DNA of 64,000 nucleotides from Felis catus (GCF_018350175.1 NC_058373.1:108068001-108132000); one strand, 5' to 3'; numbered from the stretch's first letter, positions 49,358 to 62,025 are shown. The notes: generated by a model from the sequence alone, not told the origin. Made by a program: numbers and translations.

Positions 49358-50050
49358 ACGTTAGTTTCCTCAGGCTGCTGCAACCAGTATCAGAACCTGG
49401 GTAGCTTTTTTAAAACAATTTTTTAAGTTTATTTACTTTTGAGAGAGACAGAGCGCTAGTTGGGGAGGGGAAGAGAGTGAGGAAGACACAGAATCCAAAG
49501 CAGCCTCCTGACTCGACTGTGAGCTGTCAGCACAGAGCCCAACACAGGCCTCAAACCCACGAACTGTGAGATCATGACCTGAGCCAAAGTCGGATGCTTA
49601 CCTGACTGAACCACCCAGGCGCCCCAAGAAACTGGGTAGCTTTTTAAAAGCAGAAAATGATTTTCTCTAAGTTCTGGAGGCCAGAAGTCCAAAATCACAG
49701 TGCCAGCAAGGCTGCAGGCTCTCTGGAGGCTCTCTGGAAGGACCCTTCCTTGCCTCTTGCAGCCCCCGCTGGCTGTCAACAATCCTCCTCTTCCTTGGCT
49801 TGTGGCCATATCACTTCAATCTCTGCCTGTCTTTGCATCACCTTCTCCTCTCTCTTTTCCTCTTCTGTCTCTTATAAGGACACTTGTCTTTGCACTTGGG
49901 GTTCACCTGGGGAATCCAGAATGATCTCATCTCAAGATCCCTAACTTAATTATGTCTGCAAAGACTTTTTCCAAATGAGATAACATTCCCAGGTTCCAAG
50001 GATTTGGGCATAGACATATCTTTTCAGGAGTCATCATTCAATCCACTACA
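49358..50050 (-). mobile_element. MaLR solo LTR (MLT1B/C-like) split by a SINE
   Basis: ttagtttcctcaggctgctg, gttctggaggccagaagtccaaaatca, tcttataaggacacttgtc, attcaatccactaca. Confidence 0.9.
49411..49625 (-). mobile_element. Can-SINE
   Basis: TSD agaa(c/a)ctgggtagcttttt on both sides. Confidence 0.95.
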
Positions 50051-50479
50051 GAATTATATTTTTCAGTCTATGATCTGCAGAAAAGCTGCATTAGGGTCTC
50101 CTGGAACGCTGCACTCTGTCATTTGCACTCTGCTGGACTAGGGACGTGGGCCCAGTTAGGAGATGCCAGCAACCATGAGGATGACCTTGTGATAGGAGTG
50201 TGGGAACTAGAATTAGAAAGGTCAAAATTCAGCAGTGACTTGAAAGTGGAGGTGAGGAGGATGAAGGTGAACATAATGAATCCCAGGTCATCATAGGGTC
50301 CTTAAGAGACGGGAATCCAGGGAGAACACGAAGAATCCCAGGAATCTCCAGACTTAGAAGAACTTGCAAGATCATTTTGCCTGGCCCTGATGTGTGATTC
50401 AGAATTTCCCTTTTTGCTACCCTCAACAAGTGATCATGTAGCTTCTTTTCAAACAATTCACTATGATAACCAATCTCAT

Positions 50480-50615
50480 TGCTCACTAGCTTATAAACTG
50501 AATGAGGGAAGAGGTCATGTCTGTTAGGTTCACTGGTGTTTCTCTGGCACCTAATAGGGCGCCTGGTATTTTGAAGATGTTCAGTATATATTTCGAATGA
50601 ATAATTGAATGGATG
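50480..50615 (+). mobile_element. L2 3' end
   Basis: cactagcttataaactgaatgagggaagagg...gttcactggtg...tgttcagtatatatttcgaatgaat. Confidence 0.75.
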
Positions 50616-51235
50616 AGCCACTCCAGTGAAAGGAAGATGTGGAAACTAATTAAGAATTAAAGTGGCCAAGACATATCAAGAGCTGTTCCGGTGGTTCTCT
50701 ACCATGGGAGGCAGCTGTCATGATAAATTCCTGTCTATGCAGTTATTTTATTCCATAGATGGAGTCGAGGTCTCCTCTGCATATTTCTTTCAACTGCTTT
50801 GAAGAGCACTGTTGCGTGCCCTGAGTCTTCTTTTTCCCAGAGGAAGATATCTTCATTTTATTTAACTACATGGTCTATTTTAGAACTCCACCACAGTCCC
50901 AGTTGCTCTCCCATATTTACTCAAAAACTATTTACGCATGTCCACTGAGTGCCCCACACCAAGGTTGTGCATTCAATAGGGAACACAACAGTCATGCCCT
51001 CACCTTCCAGCTTGTCAGCGCCTCTCTGGAATTATTAAAGACAAAATCGCCAGAACTAAGAGGAACAGTCACCCCTTCTTTTGTACTGGATATGTGCATT
51101 TTTACTTCTGTGTCTAAAGAAGAGATTGTTCTTTTCTTACACTTGCTTTCTTGCAGTAACAGACACGGTGTTCCTTATTGTTTGTACAACCATGGGCCAT
51201 GAATGCAGTGTGATTCTTTTTTTTAGGTACAAAAA

Positions 51236-51598
51236 TGTCTTAGTCTCCTCAGGCTGGTGTGACAAAATACCATGGACCGGGTGACTGAAAAAAAACAGAA
51301 ACTTATATCTTGCAGTTCTGGAAGCTGTGAGGTGTGAGATCAGGGTGCGAGAATGGTTTGGTTCTGTAATGGACCATATCCTGATTTACACATGGTCACC
51401 TTTTTGCTATGTCCTCACATGACTGAGACAAAGATCATCTGTCTCATGTCTCTTCTTCTAATGGCACTAATTCCATTCAAGGAGGCTCTACCCTCATGAC
51501 CTAATTAACTCCCAAAGTTCCACCTCCACATATCATATTGGAGATGGGGACTTCAACAGATGAATTGGAGGGGGACCCAAACAATCATTCCATAGCAC
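51236..51598 (-). mobile_element. MaLR solo LTR (MLT1A/MST-like)
   Basis: tgtcttagtc...acaaaataccat...cagttctggaagct...ccctcatgacctaattaactcccaaag...ccatagca. Confidence 0.9.
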
Positions 51599-52103
51599 TG
51601 AGCATACATAAAATTTGGAGTGTACTTAACACAACCCCCTACAGCATTCCATCCCCCACATACTGATTACATGGTTACACTTTGTTCCATGCTAGTGCAA
51701 TGACCAGAAATGAACCCCAGCAATCCACAGAGCTGGGTATTTTTTCAGGCTTCTGTGAGAAACAGATGCTCTGCCAAGCCAAGGAAAGGAACCAGTTTCT
51801 TGGAGTCTCAGGCTACGTCTTGTGTCCAGTGAAGCACATCAGAATCATTTGCATGGGGGAGCCAAAGTTAATTATTTTCTTTCTTATTCTTCTATAATCT
51901 TACACGGTTTTTTTTCTATTTTTGTAATGAAATAAACCTGAAGTCAAACAAACAAAAATATTTAACCAAACTAATGGGAATTTTCTTTCGTTGCCAATGT
52001 CTATTTAACTAATTTGTCCACTAATGGCAACTCCCAAGCTTCAGAAAGGATATTCTCCTTTAAGAGAATACAGATATTTGACTTAAAACTTCATATTGGT
52101 AGT

Positions 52104-52548
52104 GGGGTGCCTGGGTGGGCCAGTCGGTTAAGCATCTGACTTCGGCTCAGGTCATGATCTCACAATCTGTGTGTTCGGGCCCCATGTTGGGCTCTGTGCT
52201 GACAGCTCAGAGCCTGGAGCCTGCTTCAGATTCTTTGTCTCCCTCTCTCTCTCTCTACCCCTCCCTCACTCACACTTTGTGTGTGTGTCTCTCTCTCTCA
52301 AAAATAAACATTAAATCTCTCTGCCCCTCCCCCGTTCATGCTCTGTCTCTCTCTGTCCCAAAAATAAATAAACGTTGAAAAAAAAAATTAAAAAAAAAAA
52401 TAAATAAAGAAGTTCCGATTCTGTGTCTCCCTCTCTCTCTGCCCCTCCCTCGTTCATGCTCTGTCTCTCTCTGTCCCAAAAATAAATAAACGTTGAAAAA
52501 AAAATTAAAAAAATAAATAAATAAATAAACATTAAAAAAATTTTTTTA
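52104..52548 (+). mobile_element. Can-SINE with two truncated young SINEC_Fc1 3' halves in its tail
   Basis: Outer TSD aaaactt(c/t)atattggta at 52085 and 52549; inner fragments 52316-52412 and 52413-52522. Confidence 0.95.
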
Positions 52549-54649
52549 AAAACTTTATATTGGTAAAAACAAACAAAACTTCACATTTGTGACTTTTCAA
52601 TATTGATACCTTCATTTTTTACTAATAAAATTGTAAGAAAGCAAAATCTGCTTGTCTTACAGCTATTTAGATGTAAAACTTCCTCATTAAAATTAAATAA
52701 TGTGTTCTGCAAATCTACCAGCAGGGAATGAAACACATTTACCATATGGTCATCTGAAAACAATGCCAGAAAATAGACAGTAGAAAGGGGTTGTAAGGAA
52801 TGTTCACCTGCCTCTGTTGTTATCATTTCTGAGTCCATTTTGATATGTTTAAATGAAAATTTAAAGCCATATACCTCATTGTTTGGTATGAGATGACATT
52901 TATTTGACTCTCGTTGTACCTACAGAGTAGATGAAGTGAATAGATTAGGATTTTTTTTGCATTTATAAGCCATTCAGTTTGTCAATTATGGCCAATATAC
53001 CTGTTGGAGTTATAGCCAACAGGCAATGGTTGGAAAGCAGGTAATGATCCCAAGAGAGATTTGGTAGAAGGTATGTGTGTGCATATTGGGTGTGCACAGG
53101 TAAAACCGGTCAAAAAGTTTTGATTGCTTAATATTCCTGAGCCTTCAACTTTAAATAAAAACATTTAGTCAATCAAATCACTTAGCTTTATAACTGTTTC
53201 AATTCCCCCAAGCAACCATTGGATTATGTTCCCCAGTAACATGACCAATGCCAGGTACATTGTAAGTGCTAAATATTTGTACAGTGAATAAACTAAGTGA
53301 ATGCATGAATAAAAAATTCTACACCTTGTGCTTTTCCTGATAGGAGTATGCAGGTCAAGAAATACCTGAGTCCTAATACCAATATTCACGATATAAACAT
53401 TTGACCCACCTGGTAGAGAGCTATCCTTCACATTACAGTTGTAAAAAGAACCCTGGATGATTTATTAAATACTTAATGGCAACATTTATATCTTTATATA
53501 TAAATATATTCATATATTTAAATTATTAGTATGTTTAGAATGTAATTTTACCTATAAATGTTTTCCAGACTAGACTGTGACCCTGATCAATTGGATAATT
53601 CAAGCATTTTTAACTGATATTAGTCATTGCAAGTGATTTGGAAACCTGGTGATCCTTTTTGATAGTACCAGTCACGTCCCACACATACAACTAGTCCAGG
53701 CCAAACAGATATCAACAAAGATATGTTTGTGCGTGCTTGTGTGTATGTGTGTGCACACATATATGAGCATGTGTATGTGAAAGCATTTGTGGATTTTTTT
53801 GTTTGCTGATCTTGCTAACACAGTATTAATCTCCACCTGTCAGTTCTCTAGGATTTTTTTGCACATTCACTGTTCAACCAACCAATCATAGGAAATCAGC
53901 CTGACCATACAGAAGACTTAGTGTATTGATATAACATCCTTCTTAAAATCTTCTCAGTAACTACCAGCATGCTCAAGGATTGCCAGGGTATGATTAACTT
54001 TCTTAGATGAGTTCCCACCATTGTGCAATGCATTTTAAAATACAGGAGCAAATAAATGATGTCACAAAGACAAAAACTCTGCAGGTAAAAACTAGCATAA
54101 AGCAGATAAGCATTCTCTGGCTGGGATACAGAGCTCTAAAACCTCTTTTAAAAATTAAACCTTATTCTGAAAACACTATGTACCAGACATGAACCGCCCA
54201 AACTTGTTTCTGAACAGATCCATTTTGTGTCCATAGAGTTTAATGCACTAATTCATGTTCAGGCAGTTTAATCTATGGATCACTAAACTACTTCAGTGCT
54301 TAGCCCATTCATTGATCTGCAAGTCTATACCTTAAAATAAAGTCTGTTGTCCTTTTCCTTCTATTTAAAGGTGAGAGAAGACTATTTTTGCCAATGGCTA
54401 CTAGGCATTCCCATTTAACTAAAAGCAAATCCCTTGCCTACCATATGTATACACAGAAGTTACCAGAGGCTTTCCTAAATTGACTGGTTAGATCAATCGC
54501 TTGGGTGTCAGTGAGGTCCACATATTGGCTGGGTAACAGGAAAATGAAGTTGGGGTGTTATCTCTAGTGGAAGAAGCACAGGAATAGGAATGAACAAATT
54601 CACATTCTAATCTTGGCAGATCCTTCAGACAGCAGTGAGGCTTGGTCAA

Positions 54650-54775
54650 AGAAGGACTCTGCTCTAAGCACTCACTAAATCTTCATGACACATTGAGGTA
54701 GGTTTATATAGGTGCTACCAGTATCCTCTTTCACAGGTGAAAGGATTCCCAGTATCAGGTTGTAGGTCAGGGGCA
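54650..54775 (-). mobile_element. MIR fragment
   Basis: taaatcttcatgacacattgaggtagg...atcctctttcacaggtgaa. Confidence 0.55.
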
Positions 54776-55212
54776 GGGGAAGGATTCTCCCTTGAACAGG
54801 TTAGTTACTATACTGCGACTGCCATCATGTATATGAAAAGACATTGCAAAGTACATAGAATGATTATTCTGACATAGGAGAGAAGTTCAGGAACTATATT
54901 CACGTGCAAGAAACTTGAATGGGGTAAAAGAAACAGATAACTGACAGTGATGGCTGTCGACAATTGTGGGATGGTCACCACCTGATTTTGAGCAGTGGCA
55001 TGTCAGCTAAATAGGGCAGCTAAGCTAAACATAGTTTTACCATTTAACTCAGCAATTTACCATGTAACTCAGCTAGGTATTTACCCAACTGATTTGAGAA
55101 CTTATGTCCACACAAAAACCTGCATATGAATGTTTATAGCAGCTTTATGTACAACTACCAAGAACTGGAAGCAACCAAAATGTCCTTCAATAAGTGAATG
55201 GATAAACAAACT

Positions 55213-55443
55213 GTGTATGTATATATATATGTATATGTGTATATATATGTGTATATATGTATGTGTATATATATGTATGTGTATATATATGTATGTGTAT
55301 ATATATGTATGTGTATATATACATATGTATATATACATATACATATATATACATACATGTATATACATACATGTATATATATACACACATATATATGTGT
55401 ATATATATGTGTGTATATATGTATGTGTATATATATATGTATA
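55213..55443. repeat. Compound (TA/TG/CA)n microsatellite
   Basis: About 230 bp of alternating purine-pyrimidine sequence. Confidence 0.97.
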
Positions 55444-56212
55444 AATCCATACGAGGAAATATTATTCAGGGGTAAAAAGAAATGAGCTTTTAAGCCCCCA
55501 AAGGCATAGATGAATCTTAAATGCACGGTGCTAAGTAAAAAGAGCTAGTCTAAAAAGGCTAAATACCATACGATTCCATTTATATGACTTTCTGGAAAAG
55601 GCAAAAGGATAGAGACAGGAAAGGTATCAGTGATTTCCAGGGGCTCAGAGAGAGAGGAGGAAGAGTTAAACAGATTAAGCACAGGCAATTTCTTAGGGTG
55701 GTGAAACTATTCTGTATGTAATTGTGGGTACGTGACACTACACATGTGTCAAAACCCACAGAATTTCATTTCCAGTACAAAGAGTCAACCTGAATGCATG
55801 CAAATTTAAAAACTATTTCAGAGGTCAAGGGATCCTAGAATGGAATGCAGAAAGTGACAGAACAATCAGACCATGTTAAAAATATTTGAAACAACTTCAC
55901 TGAAGGAGGTAGGGGTAAAGGTGCTGATCTAAGTAATTTTGGAAATGGGTGGAGTCTGTAAGACCTAAGACAAAAGAACACGTAAAAGAATGAAACTGGA
56001 CCACTTTCTAGATACCATACACAAAAATAAACTCAGTGTGGATTAAAGACATAAATGTGAGACCTGAAGCCATAAAACTCCTAAAAGAAAACATAGGCAG
56101 TAATTTCTTTGACATCATATGTAGAAACATTTTTCTAGATATGTCTCCCCAGACAAAGGAAACAAAAGCAAAAAATAAACTATTGGGAACACATCAAAAT
56201 AAAAGGCTTCTA

Positions 56213-56441
56213 GGGGCGCCTGGGTGGCGCAGTCGGTTAAGCGTCCGACTTCAGCCAGGTCATGATCTTGCGGTCTGTGAGTTCGAGCCCCGCGTCAGGC
56301 TCTGGGCTGATGGCTCGGAGCCTGGAGCCTGTTTCCGATTCTGTGTCTCCCTCTCTCTCTGCCCCTCCCCCGTTCATGCTCTGTCTCTCTCTGTCCCAAA
56401 AATAAATAAAACGTTGAAAAAAAAAAAGAAAGAAAAAAAAT
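56213..56441 (+). mobile_element. Young felid SINE (SINEC_Fc1-type)
   Basis: TSD aataaaaggcttct at 56198 and 56442. Confidence 0.97.
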
Positions 56442-56940
56442 AATAAAAGGCTTCTGCACAGTCAAGGAAACCATCAACAAAACAAAAAGACAACCTAGTG
56501 AATGGGAGAAGATATTTGTAAATGACATATCCATTAAGGGGTTAATATCCAAAATATATAAAGAGCTTGACTCAACATCAAAAAGAGCAAATAATCCAGT
56601 TAAAAAATGGGCTGAGGACCTGAATACACATCTTTCCAAAGAAGACATACAGATGACAAACAGACACATGAAAAGAGGCTCAACATCACTAATTATCAGG
56701 AAAATGTAAATCAAACCCATAATGAGATGTCACCTCACACCTATCAGAATGGCTAGAATCAAAAACACAAGAAACAACAAATGTTGGCAAGGATGTAGAG
56801 AAAAAGAAGCCCTCATGCACTGCTAGTGGGAATGCAAACTGGTGCAGTCACTATAGAAAATAGTATGGAGGTTCCTCAAAATATTAAAAATAATTTCACT
56901 ACTGGGTGTTTACCCAAAGAAAATGAAAACACTAATCCTT

Positions 56941-57145
56941 AGGGTGCCTGAGTGGCTCGGTCGGTTGAGAGTCCAACTTTGGCTGAGGTCATGATCTCGC
57001 CATTCGTGAGTTTGAGCCCCGTGTTGGGTTCTGTGCTTACAGCTTGGAGCCTGGAGCCTGCTTCAGATTCTTTGTCTCCCTCTCTGTCTCTCTCTGCCCC
57101 TCTCCCGCTCTCTCTCTCTCTCTCAAAAATAAACAAACATTTTTT
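56941..57145 (+). mobile_element. Can-SINE
   Basis: TSD aaagaaaatgaaaacactaatc at 56916 and 57385, right copy interrupted by the next SINE. Confidence 0.94.
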
Positions 57146-57160
57146 AAAAAGAAAATGAAA

Positions 57161-57384
57161 GGGGTGCCTGGGTGGCACAGTCGGTTAAGCGTCCGACTTC
57201 AGCCAGGTCACGATCTCGCGGTCCGTGAGTTCGAGCCCCGCGTCAGGCTCTGGGCTGATGGCTCAGAGCCTGGAGCCTGTTTCCGATTCTGTGTCTCCCT
57301 CTCTCTCTGCCCCTCCCCCGTTCATGCTCTGTCTCTCTCTGTCCCAAAAATAAATAAACGTTGAAAAAAAAATTAAAAAAAAAA
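57161..57384 (+). mobile_element. Young felid SINE (SINEC_Fc1-type)
   Basis: Consensus-like; flanked by aaaaagaaaatgaaa. Confidence 0.97.
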
Positions 57385-57507
57385 AAAGAAAATGAAAACA
57401 CTAATCTAATGAGATAAATGCACCCCTATGTTTATTGCAGCATTATTTCCAATAGTCGAGATGTAGAAACAACCTAAGTGTCCATCAATAGACTAATGGA
57501 TAAATGT

Positions 57508-57510
<3 letters not shown>

Positions 57511-57551
<41 letters not shown>
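57511..57551. repeat. (AC)n microsatellite
   Basis: About 20 perfect units inside L1. Confidence 0.97.
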
Positions 57552-57554
<3 letters not shown>

Positions 57555-58074
57555 GAATATTATGCAGCCATAAAAAGGATGAGATCATGCTATTTGCAAC
57601 AGCATGGGTGGACCTGGAGAGTATTATGATAAGTGACATAAGTCAGACTGAGAAAGAAAAACACTATGTGATTTCACTCATGTGGAATCTAAAAAAATCA
57701 AATAAATAAACAAACAAAAAACAGAAAGAGACCCATAAATACAGAGAACAAACTGATGACTGCTAGAGGGGGTGAGGGGATGGGGGAAATGGGTGAAGGG
57801 GAGTGGGAGATACAGGTTTCCAGTTATGAAGTAAGTCACAGGAATAAAAGGCACAGAATAAGGAATACAGTCAATCATATTGTAGTAGTGTTGCATGGTG
57901 ACAGAGGGTAGCTATACTTATAGTGAACATAGAATAATGTATGAACTTGTTAAATCACTATGTTGTACACCTGCAATTAATATAACATTGTGTGTCAACT
58001 ATACTCAAATAAAAAAGAGCAAAAGAAAGGAAAGGAAAGGAGGAAAGAAGGAGGGAAGGCAGGGAGGGAGGGAA

Positions 58075-58655
58075 GAAGAAATCTTGCCATTTGCAACAAC
58101 ATGAATGGACCTAGAGGGTACAATGGTGGGTAAAGTAAGTCACAGAAAGACAAATACCATACGATTTCACTCACATATGGAATTTAAAAAACAAAGCAAA
58201 TGAGCAAAGAAAAAAAAGAGAGACAAAAAATGAGACTCTTAGATACAGAAAACAAACTGATGGATGCCAGAGGGGAGGTAGATGGGAGGAGGCGTAAGAT
58301 AGATAAAGGGGATCAAGAGTACACTTACCTTGGGGGGCCTGGGTGGCTCGTCAGCCAGCTGAGCATCTGACTTTGGCTCAGGTCTTGATCTCACAGTTCA
58401 GCCCACATCAGGCTCTCTGCTGTCAGCACAGAGCCTGCTTCGGATCCTCTGTCCCCCTCTCTTTCTGCCCCTCCCGCACTGGTTCTCTTTCTCACTCTCT
58501 TTGTCTCTCTCTTTCTCAAAATAAATAAACTTTTTTTAAAAGCACGCATACTTCAAAAAGTACTGAGTGATTTATAGAATTATTGAATTATATGTATACC
58601 CAAAATGAATGTAATACTGTATGTTAATTATACTTCATAAAAAAAGGAGAAAAAA
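58075..58655 (+). mobile_element. Second truncated L1 3' end in tandem, containing a SINE
   Basis: aagaaatcttgccatttgcaacaacatgaatggacctagaggg...aatactgtatgttaattatacttcataaaa. Confidence 0.88.
58332..58540 (+). mobile_element. Can-SINE
   Basis: ggggggcctgggtggctcg head, CT region, A tail. Confidence 0.92.
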
Positions 58656-59076
58656 AAAACCTCTGAAGGCAGGAGAAAATGTATATCCAACTGTAACTCT
58701 AGTTGAATAGAAAGTTGTTTCCCCTGGAGTTTCAGGTTAACAATTTTGATAGTGCCATACACTGGAATTGAACAATTACATAAATGGATTAGAAAGAGCC
58801 AGATTTCGCACTGTTGGAGTCGGAGTTCAGAGATAAAAAAAGTTAGGAGGCCAGAATGTTCCATGTGGTAATGGATTAGATTTGGACCTATCAGTATGAG
58901 CACATATTTAGCTTAACATAGATACATATGGTTACATATAAAGATATTTATAAGTTTGTGTATGTACAAGAGTTAGTATACACAAGTATATTTCCTCATT
59001 TTGTCAGCTGACAGAGCTGAGAACCCCAATGACACCCCAATACCAAGGAGCACTCTTAGAGCCCAGAATTTAGTTT

Positions 59077-59284
59077 CTTTTTTTTTTTAAGTTTATTTAT
59101 CTTGAGAGAGAGAGAAAGAGAGAGAGCAAGTGCAATGAGCACAAATGGGGGAGGGGCAGAGAGAAAGGGAAAGAGAGAATCCCAAGCAGGTTCCTGATGG
59201 GCTTAATCTCATGAACTGTAAGATCATGGCCTGAACTGAAATCAAGAGTCAGATGCTCAACAAACTGGACCACCCAGGAGCCCC
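59077..59284 (-). mobile_element. Can-SINE, internally deleted
   Basis: TSD cccaga(at/tc)ttagtttct on both sides. Confidence 0.92.
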
Positions 59285-59427
59285 CAGATCTTAGTTTCTA
59301 ATATCATTCTCCAATAAGAGGAACCAAGGAATTTTTCCTTGGAGAAATGGCTGATTCTAGGACTAGGTCAGGAAATACACAAGATGGTCCTGGAGCATCT
59401 TATAGTTCCAGAAACTAAGGAAATATT

Positions 59428-59430
<3 letters not shown>

Positions 59431-59481
<51 letters not shown>

Positions 59482-59498
59482 TGCACACACACGCGCAT

Positions 59499-59533
<35 letters not shown>
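59431..59533. repeat. Interrupted (AC)n microsatellite
   Basis: About 100 bp with gcatgc interruptions. Confidence 0.97.
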
Positions 59534-59535
<2 letters not shown>

Positions 59536-60615
59536 GAGAGGGGGATGTCAAAGGGATATAGAGCCCACACAAAGAGCTCCCAATAGCCAAACCTGGAACA
59601 AATTGAGGAGCAATAAAATAAATAATGTGGTATTGGACTATAACTCAAAGTTATAAACATCTATGGGTCTATAAATAAATGGTTGAATATATAAATAAAT
59701 GAGGGCACGGAGACCCATCTCCCTTGCAGAAGAACTCCAAATAATTTATGTAGGTACTCTACTCTCAAGGAGGTGAAGCATATCTCCCCACTTTTTTCAG
59801 TGTGGGCTGTGCATAGTGACTTCCTTACAAAGAGCACAGTATGGAAAGAGCATAATTTTACAGTGGAAAAACAGGACACACTACTTCAGCCAAGTGATCA
59901 AGGTCAACATCAATAGTAATAGGCCATATTGATAGAATGGACCCTTGATACAATGTGATGAAAATGGCTCTTTGTGGTCTTCCTCCCAAAAACCCTCTCC
60001 CAGTCTAATCATGAGAAAAACATCAGATGAATCCCATTTAAGGCACATTCTACAAAATACTTGACCAGTACTCCTCAAACACAAATTAAGTTTGGAAAAT
60101 GTCGCAGCCAAGAGAAGCCTGAGGAAACACAACAACTAAATGTAACATGGTATCCGGGGTGAGATCCTAGGATAGAAAAAGAACATTAGGTACATACTAA
60201 GGGCATTGAGTAAAGTATGAACTTTAGTTAACAAATTGATATCAGTTCTTTAGTTATAACAAATATACTATACTAGTATCTTAATTGCAGGAGAAACTGA
60301 GCATGGCGTATGTGGTAACTCTCTGCGCTGTCTTTGTAATTTTTATTTAAGTATAAAACTGCTCAAAATATGAAGTACACTTTTTTTAAATAGGGAAACG
60401 TTTTGTTTTACCTAGAAGATCATATCACTGAAAGATATTGCTTCTCAAAAACTCCATAAATTATGTTTCAATGTGGGGGAAAAAGGTGTAATCAGACACA
60501 ATCAGTATAAAAATAAATTTATCTCCTCGGATGCAATGATGATTTCAGTCACATATACTTCTTTCTGATTTATACATATATTGGAAAATGGTTTTTTTAA
60601 TCCAGAAGTATATTT

Positions 60616-60862
60616 TTAAAGCTTATTTATTTATTTTGAGAGAAAGAGAGAGCGTGCGAGCTGGGTAGGGGCAGAGAAAGAGGGAGAGAGAATCCCAAGC
60701 AGGCTCCATGCTGTGAGAATGGGGCCCAATGCAGGATTCAATCTCACAATCCATGAGATCAGGACCTGAGCTGAAACCAAGAATCAGATGCTTAACTGAC
60801 TGAGACACCCAGGTATCCAACCAAGAATCAGATGCTTAACTGACTGAGACACCCAGGTATCC
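60616..60862 (-). mobile_element. Can-SINE with a perfect 44-bp duplication of its 5' end
   Basis: TSD atccagaa(g)tatattt at 60600 and 60863; duplication 60775-60818 / 60819-60862. Confidence 0.94.
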
Positions 60863-61559
60863 ATCCAGAATATATTTAATTTATTGGCTAAATAAACAAT
60901 AACCATTTCCAGAAAATTGCAAAAGGCAAAAATTATATCTAGCTGTATAATTAGCCCTCCTCAGGATTTCTGCCATTAAAATTTCAGTGCCTGGGTTGAA
61001 TATCTGTCCTAGTACATTAGAAGATTTATTTTACAATGAAACCTAACAGAGTTAGGGCATTACCAGTCCTCAGCCCCTCCAACACCCTGGTGAAATGCCT
61101 GGTCTGGTTAAAGGATGCAGTGCAAGTTACGGAAAGGGGTATTTGAGCCTTGTGTTGTTCATGGCCCTACAGTATAGTCACTGAAACATTCGGCGTCCTC
61201 ATCTTTTCCCAACCCTACAAAGCAAGATTGGATGGATAAGCAGGAGTTGGAGCAGAAGGCATGTGCAGTCATCCCTGCTTTACTTTACCTCTGCCTGGAG
61301 GCAGGTCTGAGAAGATGACTACAAAGAGCCACAACTAACACATTCTGTATACCTATCCTGTTGTAGGCATGGTGCTAGCACTTTACAGTTGGTCAGTCAT
61401 CAGGAGAACCCTGTGAGCAGTAGAATCTTATCCTTAAGGTTTTGAGGGGCCCCAATAAGTATCACCCCTCTCCACTACTTTAGTTCTCAACAAAAGGAGA
61501 TACAAGACAAAGGAGTGACAGATGGATATAATATCACTCCTATTACTGATAAAGTCTCT

Positions 61560-62025
61560 CTTACCACGCTGGTGAGACAGTAAACTGGTAAAACCATTTC
61601 AGAATACTAAAGATGGATATATGCATACTTTATGCCCCAGTAATTCCACCTGGGGAAACTACAAATGGAAAGGAAACTACAAATAGAGAATACAAATGGA
61701 AAATACCCAATTGCCACGCAACGGTAGAACAGATAAATAAATCTTGATATATTCACAATGATGGATTAGTACACAGCAATAAGAATGATTAAAACGTAAC
61801 TACAGATACAAATACAAATGAGCGTGAATGATCTGATTCCATTTACTGAAGTACAGACGCAGGCAAAATGAATCTACGGTTTTAGAAGTCAGGATAGTTG
61901 TTGCCCTTGAGGTGGGTAGGGACTTGTAAACGGAAAATGGGTGCTAGCCTGTGTGTTTAGTTGTGAATTACAGAGCTATGCACCTAAGAAATGTGCATTT
62001 TTATCACGTCTGTTATCCTTTAAGA
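61560..62025 (+). mobile_element. L1ME-like 3' fragment
   Basis: gtaaactggtaaaaccattt, ccagtaattccacct, aggcaaaatgaatctacggttttagaagtcaggatag. Confidence 0.75.

Larger units (their letters stand above)
55985..58025 (+). mobile_element. Carnivore-age L1 (ORF2 3' part plus 3' UTR) nested in L1MC
   Basis: ORF WIKDINVRPEAIKLLKENIG; gaatgggagaagatattt; aaaaaggatgagatcatgctatttgcaacagcatgg; ends tatactcaaataaaaaa. Confidence 0.92.
55025..60390 (+). mobile_element. L1MC2/3-like LINE 3' portion (long 3' UTR) hosting nested L1s, SINEs and microsatellites
   Basis: aacttatgtccacacaaaaacctgca, ggtggtgaaactattctgtatg, ttcagccaagtgatcaaggtcaacatcaa, ctaatcatgagaaaaacatcaga. Confidence 0.88.

Noticed and set aside
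49760..49778. CTCF-like motif (ccagcgggggctgc, minus strand)
   Set aside because: One base short of the core spacing and inside an MLT1 LTR; not supportable.
55102..55526. Overlapping Y/I/M/C/H-rich ORFs on both strands
   Set aside because: Artefact of the stop-free TA/TG/CA microsatellite.
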